Shown here: piece by piece, positions 1 to 10,380 of the stretch
How positions within the stretch are numbered: position 1 is the stretch's first letter
How the letters are laid out: every line of letters starts with the position of its first letter
Source: Clostridia bacterium
Lineage (GTDB): Bacteria > Bacillota > Clostridia > Christensenellales > UBA1242
Direction: 5' to 3'
Length of the DNA stretch: 64,000 bases
Assembly: GCA_017453125.1 (NCBI GenBank)
Contig: JAFTKS010000002.1
Coordinates: 20,833 to 84,832, forward strand
Translations under genes and position numbers: made by a program
The notes under the pieces: model-generated
Databases searched by the model: none
What the model saw: the letters and a program-made list of their open reading frames with translations, nothing else
What the model was told of the DNA's origin: nothing

Positions 1-601
1 CTTTGGAAATGTCGTCTTCTTTTCGAATGAACATTCCTTCGTTTGCATTTTCGATTTGTGTTTTTTGATAAACTTCCATAAGTGGTTCTATGGATTTGTC
101 TGAGTTTGGATATTCGGGTTTGTCATCGCCAATGTCTGCAAAGCCCATAGCCTCTACTTTGTTTTTCTTTGTGCGGAATAAAAGTTTGTTTAAAAGTATT
201 CTTATAGGGAATAGTAGGTATTTTAGAATCCAGAATAACAAAGTGTATAGTATTACGGCTAGGAACATTAGAGGAATTGCTGTAATACAGGTAGATAGTT
301 CGGGATAGTTTGCAACAAAGTCTTCACCTAGTAATTTTTGAACAAAGTATTCAATTATACCAGATAGTGGCAATGTTTTTTGAATTGTTTCTGAGCCTTC
401 TTGAATTTCTAGCGTTGCAGGTATTTCAAGGATAAGATTGGTTAAGGGGATTGTTATAAAAAATACAAGAATAGTAATGAGAATCAAAAAAAGTAAATGG
501 CTTACAGTTTTTTTGAGACCTCTAAAAAATCCCCAAAGTACACCTCCGAGAATTATTACTAAAAAAACTATATTAAATATAAGAGTTAATGTGTCTGTCA
601 T
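1..601 (-). CDS. membrane protein, CvpA-like (C-terminus outside window)
   Basis: Open frame from ATG at 601-599 with an AAGGTGA RBS, running off the window edge, so it is absent from the ORF track. The N-terminus MTDTLTLIFNIVFLVIILGGVLWGFFRGLKKTV is hydrophobic and has a GFxRG motif reminiscent of the colicin V production family. Confidence 0.5.
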   Translation of the reverse strand, partial: MTDTLTLIFNIVFLVIILGGVLWGFFRGLKKTVSHLLFLILITILVFFITIPLTNLILEIPATLEIQEGSETIQKTLPLSGIIEYFVQKLLGEDFVANYPELSTCITAIPLMFLAVILYTLLFWILKYLLFPIRILLNKLLFRTKKNKVEAMGFADIGDDKPEYPNSDKSIEPLMEVYQKTQIENANEGMFIRKEDDISK

Positions 602-906
602 AACTTCACCTTAAAGAACAATTCTAATTCTACTACGATTTTAGCATATAAAAAATCAAAACCAAAATAAATGTTTAAATAAAATAATATTTTTATTTAA
701 TAATAGTTTATTTTATGGGTTAAATATGATTTTTATTGTTTTTTTAATAAGAAAAGTTGAAGATTGTTGTTGTGTTTTTACAAACAAAACATTCTAATTT
801 GGATATACAAAAAATTTGTTTGATAAGTCAAAAAAGATTTGTCTTTTTGAATGCAAACCTATATACTAGAGTAGTATGTTGAAAATCAATATGTTTTAGG
901 AGAGTA

Positions 907-1362
907 ATGAAAGCACTTGTTCAAAAAGTTAATTATTGTAGATTGCATAGCGAAGAGTTCTCAAGTGAAATTGAATCGGGATTACTTGTAACTGTTGGGG
1001 CTAGTATGTTTGATACTTCGTTTGATATCAAATATTTGGCAAAAAAGATTGTTAATCTGCGAATATTCAAAGATGAGAATGATAAATGCAATCTGTCTCT
1101 ACTAGACAAAGATGGACATATAATGGTTGTGAGTAATTTTACTTTGCAAGCAAGAATCAAAAGTGGCACACGTCCCGACTTTAGTCGTGCTGGTGATAGT
1201 GACAAAGCCAAGGCTTTGTATGAGTCGCTTATTGCGGAGTTTAAAGCACTTGGTGTAAAAAGGGTTGAGACGGGAAATTTTAAACATCATATGCATATAA
1301 GTTGTGAATTAGATGGGCCTTTTAATATAATTCTTGAATCGGAAGGTAGAGAGAATGAATGA
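907..1362 (+). CDS. dtd: D-aminoacyl-tRNA deacylase
   Basis: 151 aa. MKALVQKV..., GLLVTVG, VVSNFTL and GTRPDFSRA match the conserved Dtd blocks (E. coli SQFTL / RPSF). Confidence 0.9.
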   Translation: MKALVQKVNYCRLHSEEFSSEIESGLLVTVGASMFDTSFDIKYLAKKIVNLRIFKDENDKCNLSLLDKDGHIMVVSNFTLQARIKSGTRPDFSRAGDSDKAKALYESLIAEFKALGVKRVETGNFKHHMHISCELDGPFNIILESEGRENE

Positions 1363-1720
1363 GAAGTTATTAAGATTGTTTAATACTTTTAAACATTTAA
1401 GATCAATGCAAACAATTGTAAATGAAATATGTGCATTAGATTATTATGTGTACAATTATGATGAACAAGAGGCTATTGCATTGATAGATTTTTGTATCAC
1501 AAAATATGGCGAATATATCAAGAGAATCGGCTCTCTATATAAGAATATGGTTGTTGTTGAGAATGACCATCAATTATACGAGAACAAAGACGAAGTAGAG
1601 ATTAATTCGGACGTGGAATATATTCGTGATTGCTTGATAGTAATAGGTGCTGTTCAGTCGGAAATAAGACCTAGTATTCAGGCGGTAATTGATGAAATTA
1701 ATAGTGTTGATGAAGAATAA
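1355..1720 (+). CDS. hypothetical protein
   Basis: ORF overlapping the dtd stop. The ATG at 1355 is preferred over the TTG at 1334. No recognisable motif. Confidence 0.45.
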   Translation: MNEKLLRLFNTFKHLRSMQTIVNEICALDYYVYNYDEQEAIALIDFCITKYGEYIKRIGSLYKNMVVVENDHQLYENKDEVEINSDVEYIRDCLIVIGAVQSEIRPSIQAVIDEINSVDEE

Positions 1721-1737
1721 TTTTTTGAGATGGTGAA

Positions 1738-2169
1738 ATGGATAACTTAGAAGAAATTTTAATAGAAGTATTGGCTCGTGCTTATTCTAGAATAATATAT
1801 AGTGAAGAAAAAATCCTCAAAGATATGATAGGAGATCCTCTTTCTATCAAGGAGTTTCATACTCTTGAGGTTATATATAAGTCAATGTCCAACAAGACAA
1901 ATACGGCAAGTACAATTGCTAAGCATCTAGGAATTACTCTTGGTACTTGTACAACAAATATCGATAGGCTTATTCAAAAAGGATTGGTTCATAAAGTAAA
2001 AAGAGATGCAGACAGAAGAGTTGTGTATATCGAACTTTCAGAGAAGGGAATTCAACTTCATCTTAAACATCTTGCAATGCACAAGAAAGTTATTTCAAAG
2101 GCAATTGCAAAACTTTCAACCACAGAGAAAGTGTCACTAATGAATGCAATCAATAAAATAGATATATAA
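1738..2169 (+). CDS. MarR family transcriptional regulator
   Basis: 143 aa with a winged-HTH pattern (FHTLEVIY...ASTIAKHLGIT..TCTTNIDRLIQKGLV.K..DADRRVVYIELSEKG) typical of MarR. Confidence 0.8.
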   Translation: MDNLEEILIEVLARAYSRIIYSEEKILKDMIGDPLSIKEFHTLEVIYKSMSNKTNTASTIAKHLGITLGTCTTNIDRLIQKGLVHKVKRDADRRVVYIELSEKGIQLHLKHLAMHKKVISKAIAKLSTTEKVSLMNAINKIDI

Positions 2170-2306
2170 TTAGAAGATACCGTTTGACAATGCGGTGTTT
2201 TCTTTTTTTATGAATGAAATAGTTTTTGTTTGAAAATTATATAAAATATGATAATCTATGTAAAGATTTAATAGAATATAAGAAAGCGTATTGTAAGGAG
2301 TTTTTT

Positions 2307-2981
2307 GTGGCGGAGTTTATAGGCGGAATATTTTCAACAATCTTTGGTAGTCATTCTTGGCTGGCAACAATACTAATATCTATGTTTCCTATAATTGAAT
2401 TGAAGGGGGCTATTCCTGTTGGAATGAATGTAGAGTTTTGGGGAGAAAATGCCTTGGGTTCAACCTCTGCATTTTTGTTGAGTTTGTTGGGTAGTTGCTT
2501 GGTAGTTCCAATTCTAGCATTGATTTTTAAACCTGTAATTAATTGGTTGAAAAATACTAAACTTTTCAAAAAACTTGGTAGTGCGATTGAAGAAAAGGTT
2601 CATAAGCACTCTTCATCAATTGAGCAAAAATCAGAAGGAGAGGCTCGAGGGTCAAAGAAAAAAGTTTTTTTGAAGATGCTTGGGGTGTTTATGTTTGTTT
2701 CAGTACCAATCCCATTAACTGGTGTTTGGACGGGGACTTGTATTGCGGTAGCATTGGGGCTCAAGTTTTGGCAAATATGTGTTTCTGCTATACTTGGTAA
2801 TATGATTGCTGGAATTATAATAACCTGTGTTTGTTCGGTATTTCCTCAATTTACAACTATTATATTTTTAATTGTTCTTGCCTTTGTTGTAGCTATTGTT
2901 GTTTATACCTTAATTAAAATGCTTATAGGCAAAAAACAAGTAGCAAATACAGACAATGTGAAAGAAGATAAAGGCGAATAA
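2307..2981 (+). CDS. small multidrug export-like membrane protein (COG2426 type)
   Basis: GTG at 2307, 6 nt after AAGGAG. Multi-TM protein with the ELKGAIPVG motif characteristic of this family. Confidence 0.6.
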   Translation: MAEFIGGIFSTIFGSHSWLATILISMFPIIELKGAIPVGMNVEFWGENALGSTSAFLLSLLGSCLVVPILALIFKPVINWLKNTKLFKKLGSAIEEKVHKHSSSIEQKSEGEARGSKKKVFLKMLGVFMFVSVPIPLTGVWTGTCIAVALGLKFWQICVSAILGNMIAGIIITCVCSVFPQFTTIIFLIVLAFVVAIVVYTLIKMLIGKKQVANTDNVKEDKGE

Positions 2982-3111
2982 TTCTATCTTGATAGGCTTT
3001 CTATCAAGATTTTTGTTCTTGCATATTGTAAAAGCTAAAATTATTTGATATAATATGTATAATGAAATTTCGTGATGTGTAGAACAAATTTTGCTTTTGG
3101 GAGAGGAAAAT

Positions 3112-4035
3112 ATGGCTAAAGAAATTAAAACAGATGAAATTTTGAGAGAATATTTGCTACGACTTGTATCTGATAATAATAGGGTTATTAGTGGAATGAT
3201 GTCTTCTGCATTTAAAAGTAATAGGCAGGCTTTTGCTATCGCTTTTGATGATATTTACGAGGCGTTTGTTAGCAAGAAGAATCTTGAGTGGCAGAGAATA
3301 AAAGAGGATAGAGAATCGGTTCATCCTAGTTATAAGCCTTATCAATATTTTGATATAGATACTTTGTATGCTTATAAATTATATTTGGATAAGGTAATTG
3401 AGTTTGCTGATAAAAGAGCATATGGTGGCGGAAGAAGATTAATGAACGCCAAAGAGTTCTCTAATGGGGTAAAAGATGCATCTTTCTGGTTGCACGATCC
3501 TAATATTCCACTTGAAGAAAAGGGGTATTATAACAAAACTTCTCCTGTGTCTGCAGTGTGGAAAAAAGGAAGTCTTTCTCCTAAAAAGGCTCTTACAGGA
3601 GATGCTTTTAGAGAGAAATGTGGAAAGTATAATTGTGAAGGTTTGTTGCAAGAATATGTTGAAAACAAGCATTCCAAGAAAAGGCCAGATAATTCTGAAT
3701 TTGAAATTAAGGCAGATGAGATAATTACATTTATGTACAATGGAAACAAACTAACACTAAATGTAGATGAGAAAGATTACTTTGTTTCAAGAAAGGGCGA
3801 AGGTTTGACCGCAATTAAGGCTAGTTGTCCTGTGGGTGTTCTGTTTGGAACATATATGACAAGTGGTCAGGTTTATTATGGAGATATATTTGACCTTGAT
3901 GGAAATTTGGTTGAGGTTAATGGTGGCGGAGAACAATTCTACCCAACAAAGACACAAGAGAAAATAGCAGAAGAAGAAATGTTAGAGAAAAAATATGACA
4001 GTCTACAAGATGGAGATCAAATACATTTGTTTTAA
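3112..4035 (+). CDS. hypothetical protein
   Basis: ATG at 3112 preceded by GGGAGAGG. 307 aa soluble protein with no motif I recognise, followed by a terminator. Confidence 0.6.
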   Translation: MAKEIKTDEILREYLLRLVSDNNRVISGMMSSAFKSNRQAFAIAFDDIYEAFVSKKNLEWQRIKEDRESVHPSYKPYQYFDIDTLYAYKLYLDKVIEFADKRAYGGGRRLMNAKEFSNGVKDASFWLHDPNIPLEEKGYYNKTSPVSAVWKKGSLSPKKALTGDAFREKCGKYNCEGLLQEYVENKHSKKRPDNSEFEIKADEIITFMYNGNKLTLNVDEKDYFVSRKGEGLTAIKASCPVGVLFGTYMTSGQVYYGDIFDLDGNLVEVNGGGEQFYPTKTQEKIAEEEMLEKKYDSLQDGDQIHLF

Positions 4036-4038
4036 AAA

Positions 4039-4064
4039 AAGACTCTATTTTAGAGTCTTTTTTT
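4039..4064 (+). terminator. rho-independent terminator
   Basis: Stem AAGACTCTA / TAGAGTCTT followed by a T-run. Confidence 0.75.
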
Positions 4065-4077
4065 AAACTTGATAAAA

Positions 4078-4106
4078 CAAAAACACACCTTGGTGAAAAG
4101 GTGTGT
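4078..4106 (-). terminator. rho-independent terminator after asnS
   Basis: Stem ACACACCT / AGGTGTGT with a flanking A-run on the plus strand, which reads as a T-run on the minus strand. Confidence 0.75.
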
Positions 4107-4116
4107 TTTTAATTGT

Positions 4117-5502
4117 TTAGAATATACAGTTTTTTGGAGTTCTTGGGCAGAATTGTGCATCACGTATATTTGAAATTCCTGTAATATACATAAGTATTCT
4201 ATCAAAGCCAAGACCAAATCCGCTGTGAACTACAGACCCATATTTTCTTAGGTCTAAGTACCAACTATAATCTTCTGGTTTAAGATTAAATTTGTGGATT
4301 TTCTCAAGTAGAACGTCGTATCTTTCTTCTCTTTGGCTTCCACCAATAATTTCGCCGATACCAGGAGCAAGAAGGTCGCACGCAGCAACAGTTTTGCCAT
4401 CATCATTCATACGCATATAGAATGCTTTGATATCAACAGGATAATCGGTTACAAATACTGGCTTTTTATAAATTGTTTCGCATAGATATCTTTCGTGTTC
4501 GCTTTGAAGGTCGATTCCCCATTCAACTTTGAATTCAAAATTATCGTTATTTTTCTTAAGTTGTTCGATTGCCTCTGTGTAAGTGCAATGAGCGAAGTCG
4601 TTTGAAACTACGTTTTTAAGTTTTTCAATGAGTCCTTTTTCAACAAATTGGTCAAGGAACTCTAATTCTTGTGGGCAGTGGTCAAATACATAATTGATGA
4701 TGTATTTAATCATTTTCTCCATAATTACCATATCGCCTTTAAGGTCGCAGAATGCCATTTCTGGTTCAATCATCCAGAACTCACTTGCGTGACGAGCGGT
4801 ATTGCTGTTTTCTGATCTGAAAGTAGGGCCAAATGTGTATACTTTGCTAAATGTTAAGGCAAAAGCCTCAGCCTCTAATTGTCCTGTTGGAGAAAGGAAT
4901 ACGTTTTTGCCAAAGAAGTCGTTCTCTGGGGTTGCAGTTTCCATAACTTTTTTATCATAGAAATTGTGTGTTGTAACTCTAAATACATCACTACCGCCTT
5001 CGCAGTCAGCACTTGTAATAATTGGGGTGTTGACATACATAAAGTTCTCGCCTTGGAAGAAACTATGAATTGCAAATGCACAAGCGTTTCTAACTCTAAA
5101 TACAGCGTTAAATAAGTTTGTTCTTCCTCTTAGGTAAGCGTTTTCTCTCAAGAATTCAACAGTATGTCTTTTCTTTTGAATAGGATATGTTTCGTCTGTT
5201 GCAGAGCAAATTTCAATTTTGCTTGCAATAACTTCATAAGGTTGTTTGTTTTCTGGGGTAAGAACGAGTTTTCCTTCAACAATAAGTGAAGAACCTGCGT
5301 TTAGTTTGACAACTTGAGCGAAGTTGTCTAGGGTATTGTTGATTACAACCTGAATGCCTTTGAATGTGGTTCCGTCATTTAGGTCAACGAATCCAAAAGA
5401 TTTGTTGTCTCTAGTACTTCTTACCCAACCGCCAATTACAACTTCTTTATCTTTGTATTCTTCGGTTTTGTTTTGAATTGTAACTAAGTCAATTTTGTTC
5501 AT
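4117..5502 (-). CDS. asnS: asparagine--tRNA ligase
   Basis: 461 aa class IIb aaRS. N-terminal OB-fold (GGWVRSTRDNKSFGFVDLNDGT), motif 2/3 blocks (FRSENSNTARHASEFWMIEPE, GFGLGFDR). Confidence 0.95.
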   Translation of the reverse strand: MNKIDLVTIQNKTEEYKDKEVVIGGWVRSTRDNKSFGFVDLNDGTTFKGIQVVINNTLDNFAQVVKLNAGSSLIVEGKLVLTPENKQPYEVIASKIEICSATDETYPIQKKRHTVEFLRENAYLRGRTNLFNAVFRVRNACAFAIHSFFQGENFMYVNTPIITSADCEGGSDVFRVTTHNFYDKKVMETATPENDFFGKNVFLSPTGQLEAEAFALTFSKVYTFGPTFRSENSNTARHASEFWMIEPEMAFCDLKGDMVIMEKMIKYIINYVFDHCPQELEFLDQFVEKGLIEKLKNVVSNDFAHCTYTEAIEQLKKNNDNFEFKVEWGIDLQSEHERYLCETIYKKPVFVTDYPVDIKAFYMRMNDDGKTVAACDLLAPGIGEIIGGSQREERYDVLLEKIHKFNLKPEDYSWYLDLRKYGSVVHSGFGLGFDRILMYITGISNIRDAQFCPRTPKNCIF

Positions 5503-5724
5503 ATAGTGATTACCTCTTTTTGTTATATGTGTAAATCCAAATATTTACTTTAGTTTATAAATTTTAATTATTAACATTGTCTAGTATATAACAAATCTTC
5601 AATAAGTGCAAGTTAGAAAAGCAAAATTCATATTAAATTAGCAATAAAAAATTGTTTGAGATTGTTTTGTTTATTAAGATTCTTGTGTTAGAATGAAAAT
5701 AGTAAATAAATAGGAGAATGAATT

Positions 5725-6999
5725 ATGCGATTAACACAAGAAGAGAAGGATATTCTTGCGGGAAAGCAAGGCGAGACTCTTGCCAAAATAATGAAAACAA
5801 TCGTTGATTTTGGTGATGTCTTTGGTGCTACCAAATTAGTAGAAATTACTCATCCAAGCCACTTTGTTACATCTTTTGGTATTGGGCTTTTGAAACCATT
5901 GTTTAGAACAATGGATGAAATAATTTCTGCGGGGATTACAACAAAACAGCCGTTTACCGTTGACCCTAGACCGATTGATTATACAAATGTAAAATGTAAT
6001 ATGCTAGAAAAATTGGTTTTCAGCAAAATTATGTATAGTCAGCAAAAACGATACGAAGAACAATTGAAAAAAATTGGGTTGAAGGACGAGGCTAGTTTTA
6101 CTTGTACGTCGTATTTTGAAGAGGTTGGTAATGTTCCTGCTTATGGCGATATTTTAGGTTGGGCAGAGAGTTCTGCTGTTGTATACGCAAACTCAGTTAT
6201 TGGGGCAAGGTGCAATAGAAATAGCGGAATGTTAGACTTGTTCTCAGCAATTATAGGGAAAGTGCCTTATTTTGGATTGCTTACCGACGAGGGGAGAAAA
6301 GCTGATTGGGTAATTGAGTTGAAAACATCAAAACTACCTGAGGCTCACGTTTTGGGAAGTGCAATTGGTCTTAAGATTATGGAAGATGTTCCATATATTG
6401 TAGGGCTAGATAAGTTTTTGGGAAAAGAAATAACAGAAGATGTCAAGGGGTATCTCAAAGATATGGGTGCAGCTTGTGCGTCCAATGGTTCTGTTGGTCT
6501 ATATCATATTGATGGACTTACTCCTGAGGCGAAAGAAAAAGGTAAAAAATTAATTAAGAAAGAGGCAAAAGTTTATACCATTACAGACAAAGAATTGGAG
6601 AAGGTTTATCGTAGTTATCCTGTTCTTTGGAAAAATGAAAAAGCAAAGCCAAAGCTATGTTTTATTGGTTGTCCGCATCTTTCTTATCCTCAGCTTGAAA
6701 TGTGGGCTATGAACATAATTGAGGGGTTAAAGTTGAGAGGTAGAAAAAAGGTTGCTGTAAGAACAATTTTGACAACAAGTCCACAAATTGCAGAAAAATT
6801 CAGTGGCACTGAATTGTATGCACAACTCAAAAAGACGGGAGCAAAAGTGTCTAGCATCTGTCCTTTGATGTATACTAATAATCCTATTGCTAGCAAAAAA
6901 CCAATTATTACTAGTTCAAATAAACTCCGTACTTATTCTGCATCAAGGTTCTATAAAAACGATGATATTCTTAAGGTTATTACAGGAGGGAAATTATGA
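5725..6999 (+). CDS. aconitase X catalytic subunit (DUF521 family)
   Basis: 424 aa. The N-terminus MRLTQEEKDILAGKQGE is typical of DUF521/AcnX large subunits. A 4-nt ATGA overlap links it to the next gene. Confidence 0.75.
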   Translation: MRLTQEEKDILAGKQGETLAKIMKTIVDFGDVFGATKLVEITHPSHFVTSFGIGLLKPLFRTMDEIISAGITTKQPFTVDPRPIDYTNVKCNMLEKLVFSKIMYSQQKRYEEQLKKIGLKDEASFTCTSYFEEVGNVPAYGDILGWAESSAVVYANSVIGARCNRNSGMLDLFSAIIGKVPYFGLLTDEGRKADWVIELKTSKLPEAHVLGSAIGLKIMEDVPYIVGLDKFLGKEITEDVKGYLKDMGAACASNGSVGLYHIDGLTPEAKEKGKKLIKKEAKVYTITDKELEKVYRSYPVLWKNEKAKPKLCFIGCPHLSYPQLEMWAMNIIEGLKLRGRKKVAVRTILTTSPQIAEKFSGTELYAQLKKTGAKVSSICPLMYTNNPIASKKPIITSSNKLRTYSASRFYKNDDILKVITGGKL

Positions 7000-7454
7000 A
7001 AAAATTCAAAGGTAGAGTAGTTGCTGGTGGAGAAATAATTGGAGAGGCTATAGTTAGTAGACAAGGTGTCAATACTCTTGCAACTTTCCAAAAAAGTGCT
7101 TTGAAAAATGCGAAAGAGGTTTATTCTTCTGACCAAAATAATCCTGATTTGTATAAGAAATTGTTGACCGGCAAAATTCTTTGTCTTCCTAAAACAATAG
7201 GGTCAACAACGGGTGGACTTGTAATTCAGACAATTTGTTCTATGGGAATCAATCCTAAGGCAATGCTTTTTAGCGAAACGATAGATAGTCTTGCTGCGTC
7301 AGGTATTATCCTTGCTAAGAACTGGGAGAATAGTGATATTATTGCAATTGACCAACTTGGAGACAAGTTTTTGAAATATGTTGAAAGTGGAGACAAGATA
7401 ACTGTTCAAACAGATGGAACTGTCATAGTTGAAAAAACAAATGAAACTAAATAG
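6996..7454 (+). CDS. aconitase X swivel subunit (DUF126 family)
   Basis: 152 aa. The G(R)VVAGGEIIGEAIVS... and STTGG pattern is typical of DUF126. Start/stop-overlapped with the DUF521 gene. Confidence 0.75.
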   Translation: MKKFKGRVVAGGEIIGEAIVSRQGVNTLATFQKSALKNAKEVYSSDQNNPDLYKKLLTGKILCLPKTIGSTTGGLVIQTICSMGINPKAMLFSETIDSLAASGIILAKNWENSDIIAIDQLGDKFLKYVESGDKITVQTDGTVIVEKTNETK

Positions 7455-7690
7455 AAGAAAGAAAAATATCGATGTTCACGACAATTGGTTTGTGCTCAAA
7501 CATCGATATTTTTTTGTGTAAAAACGAGAAAGAGCGGAATTAAATTCCGCTCAAAATCTCGCTAGAAGAAAGGTGTGATAAATATTTATGAAACCTTTCT
7601 TATTTATATCTTGTGTACTTAAAACAATAATATTCATAATTTTAAAAATTTTTTCTAGAAAATGTGTAACTGCTTTATTGAAGAAATGTT

Positions 7691-9169
7691 TTAGTTTGTT
7701 GCAATGATTTGTACTTTTCCATTAATCCAACTTTCAAAGAGTGCGTTGAGGTCTGATTTGCTGGATTTTTCAAATGAGTTGATTAGTGTGCTTGGTGTTG
7801 CGATTCCAAATTTATTGTCGTTGAAGTATGTTTGTAAGCAGGCTATAAATTTATCGTTTCCAAGAACTTCTCGAAGGGAATCGAATAGTAACATTCCTTT
7901 GACATATGCAATGTATACGTATTCGCTTTCGTTATTGTATTCGTTGAGTTTTCTGTTCATTGTTGTATCAGCTTTGCCAAATACTTTGGTGTATACGTCT
8001 ACGAATGTTGAAAAACTATTATTGGTGTTTTTGATGAGTTCTTTTGTGTCAACATTATATGATGGGTTGTTGTCGTAGAAAAGTAAGGTCGAATATTCGG
8101 TTAGTCCTTCGTCAAGCCAACCATATTGAACCTCGTTGTTTCCTACAATTCCATACCACCATTGGTGTGCAATCTCGTGTACAATTACATTTGTAAAATC
8201 GCTCTGGATATCGACTGCATCACTAATTAAAACCAAATTCGGATACTCCATTCCTCCGTGTACAAAATTGCTTTCGACCACGTTAAGTGTGGAATAAGGA
8301 TATTCTCCAAAAAGTTCGTTGAATGTTGTTAGACAATCTATACTTGTCTGAAGATTTTCTTGGGGATACTGATTTTTATAGTAGTAGTAATTGACTTTTG
8401 TTTTGTTTACATTGGCAGAAACTATATTAAATTTGTCAGAAAGTACAATAGCAAAGTCTCTAACCGCTTTTGCGTGAATGTTGTATGTGGTGGTGTTTTC
8501 TTGAGATGTCTGATTTGTTATTTCTCCAGTAGAAGCGATTTTGAGGTTGCTATTTGAGGTGAGGGTTACATTGTAATTGGCGACTTCCGAATAGAAAGGG
8601 TCTCCATTATAATGATAACTATCAATAACAAAATCTCCATCTTCATACATACACGCAATTGGATAAAAGTTTCCAAGATTGATCGTGTCTTCTCCGTAAC
8701 CAAATCTATGATTGATATTAGGTAGAGTTACTTTGTATGTGATTGCAATTTTTACTTTTTCATTTGGAGTTAGATTGTCTTGAAACTGAACATCTAGTAT
8801 ATCGTCATCATTACCATTGATTGTGATTTTTGTCTCTACATCATTGACTAGTAGTTTGCTGATTTCTAGGTCTCCAAAACTTTGACCATTATAATAACAC
8901 TTGTTGTGATTGAGTGTGCTTACAACAGATACTTTCGAGTCTTTTCTAAAACTCCTTGGGTATAGGTGTAATTTTAGATTGTTGAGGGAGTCTTCGGTTC
9001 GGTTGGTGTATTCTAGCGTTTGTTCAACGTCAAGTGTATGGTCATCATTGTAAACAATATTCATTGTGTATGTGTTTAAGTTTTTGCTAATTTTTTCTAT
9101 ATCGCTTTTGCAACCGGCAAAAAAGAATAATGGAAGCAGTAGCAGTAACAAATATTTTTTTAGTTTCAT
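7691..9169 (-). CDS. M1-family zinc metallopeptidase, lipoprotein
   Basis: HEIAHQWWYG...x18...E gluzincin motif. Lipobox signal MKLKKYLLLLLLPLFFFAGC. Confidence 0.85.
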   Translation of the reverse strand: MKLKKYLLLLLLPLFFFAGCKSDIEKISKNLNTYTMNIVYNDDHTLDVEQTLEYTNRTEDSLNNLKLHLYPRSFRKDSKVSVVSTLNHNKCYYNGQSFGDLEISKLLVNDVETKITINGNDDDILDVQFQDNLTPNEKVKIAITYKVTLPNINHRFGYGEDTINLGNFYPIACMYEDGDFVIDSYHYNGDPFYSEVANYNVTLTSNSNLKIASTGEITNQTSQENTTTYNIHAKAVRDFAIVLSDKFNIVSANVNKTKVNYYYYKNQYPQENLQTSIDCLTTFNELFGEYPYSTLNVVESNFVHGGMEYPNLVLISDAVDIQSDFTNVIVHEIAHQWWYGIVGNNEVQYGWLDEGLTEYSTLLFYDNNPSYNVDTKELIKNTNNSFSTFVDVYTKVFGKADTTMNRKLNEYNNESEYVYIAYVKGMLLFDSLREVLGNDKFIACLQTYFNDNKFGIATPSTLINSFEKSSKSDLNALFESWINGKVQIIATN

Positions 9170-9330
9170 ATTTTTATTCCTTTTATGTGAATTTAAAATA
9201 TGTATATGGTTAACTATTAGGAATTTATGACTGTAGAAAAAGAATAATTATTGAGGGTACACTGATGAAGATGCCTGAAGTGGTTTTTTTATTGATTGCA
9301 ATTTGTATGAATTCTTGATAAAATATTGTT

Positions 9331-10263
9331 ATGGAAAAAATTAGATACAAACATCTTAATACTCATCTAAAAGATATGTTTGGAGAAAGAACTCTGAAAA
9401 TTTGTATAGATGGTGGATTTACTTGCCCGAATAGAGATGGTAAAATTTCTTTTGGCGGGTGTCTTTTTTGTGGAGAAATGGGAGCGGGCGAAAATATTAA
9501 GTATAGAACAGATAAAGTCCTAGAGTCTATACAAAGTCAAGTATTAGGTTTTTTGAATTCATATAGGGGCGAGCGTGCAAATAAGTTCATAGCCTATTTT
9601 CAAAGTTTTTCAAATACATATGGGGACATTGATAGTTTGAAAAAGAAATATGACACCGCTCTTGCTTGTAGTGAAAAAATTGTAGGACTTCAGGTGTCTA
9701 CTCGTCCCGATTGCATCGATGAAGATGTTGTAAAACTACTTGCCTCTTACAAGGGAAAATATTATGTTTGTGTTGAACTTGGTTTGCAGACGTCTAACGA
9801 CAAGATTGGTAAATTTTTGAATAGAGGATACACGAAAGCGGATTTTGAGAAGGCGACGACTTTACTTCATAGATATGGTATTGATGTTGTTTCGCATTTG
9901 ATGATTGGTCTTCCAAATGAAACGGAACAAGATGTTTTGGAAACTGTTGGCTTGATTAATAGATTGAAGTGTGAGGGCATTAAGATTCATTCTACCTATG
10001 TGATAGCTGGGTCGGGGCTTGGAGAAATGTATAAGACTGGCAAATACACTCCAATAACGCAAGAGTACTATGTTGATATGGTTGCCAAAGTCATAAGTCG
10101 ATTGGATAAAGATATAGTAATTCATCGAATTAATGCAGACCCTCCTAAATGTTTGTTTCTTGCTCCAGATTGGATTTTGCATAAAAAATTGGTACTTAAT
10201 GCAATTAATCGAAAGCTTGATGAAGATGATATTATTCAAGGGCAGTATTGTAATGCTAGTTAG
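9331..10263 (+). CDS. TIGR01212-type radical SAM protein
   Basis: GGFTCPNRDG...GGCLFCG cluster motif and overall length typical of this family. Confidence 0.85.
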   Translation: MEKIRYKHLNTHLKDMFGERTLKICIDGGFTCPNRDGKISFGGCLFCGEMGAGENIKYRTDKVLESIQSQVLGFLNSYRGERANKFIAYFQSFSNTYGDIDSLKKKYDTALACSEKIVGLQVSTRPDCIDEDVVKLLASYKGKYYVCVELGLQTSNDKIGKFLNRGYTKADFEKATTLLHRYGIDVVSHLMIGLPNETEQDVLETVGLINRLKCEGIKIHSTYVIAGSGLGEMYKTGKYTPITQEYYVDMVAKVISRLDKDIVIHRINADPPKCLFLAPDWILHKKLVLNAINRKLDEDDIIQGQYCNAS

Positions 10264-10380
10264 GATATGAATTAACGTATTCCAAATAAATTTTAGAAAC
10301 ACAAATTAAAATATTTTTACATATTAATTAATATATTAATAAATATTTTATTTGAAAAATTATTTTATTTGGGGTACAAT

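Noticed and set aside
5503-5724. T-box leader upstream of asnS (also looked upstream of argS).
   Set aside because: No GGTGGTACC-type T-box sequence or terminator/antiterminator pair is present. argS overlaps the preceding gene, so it has no leader at all.
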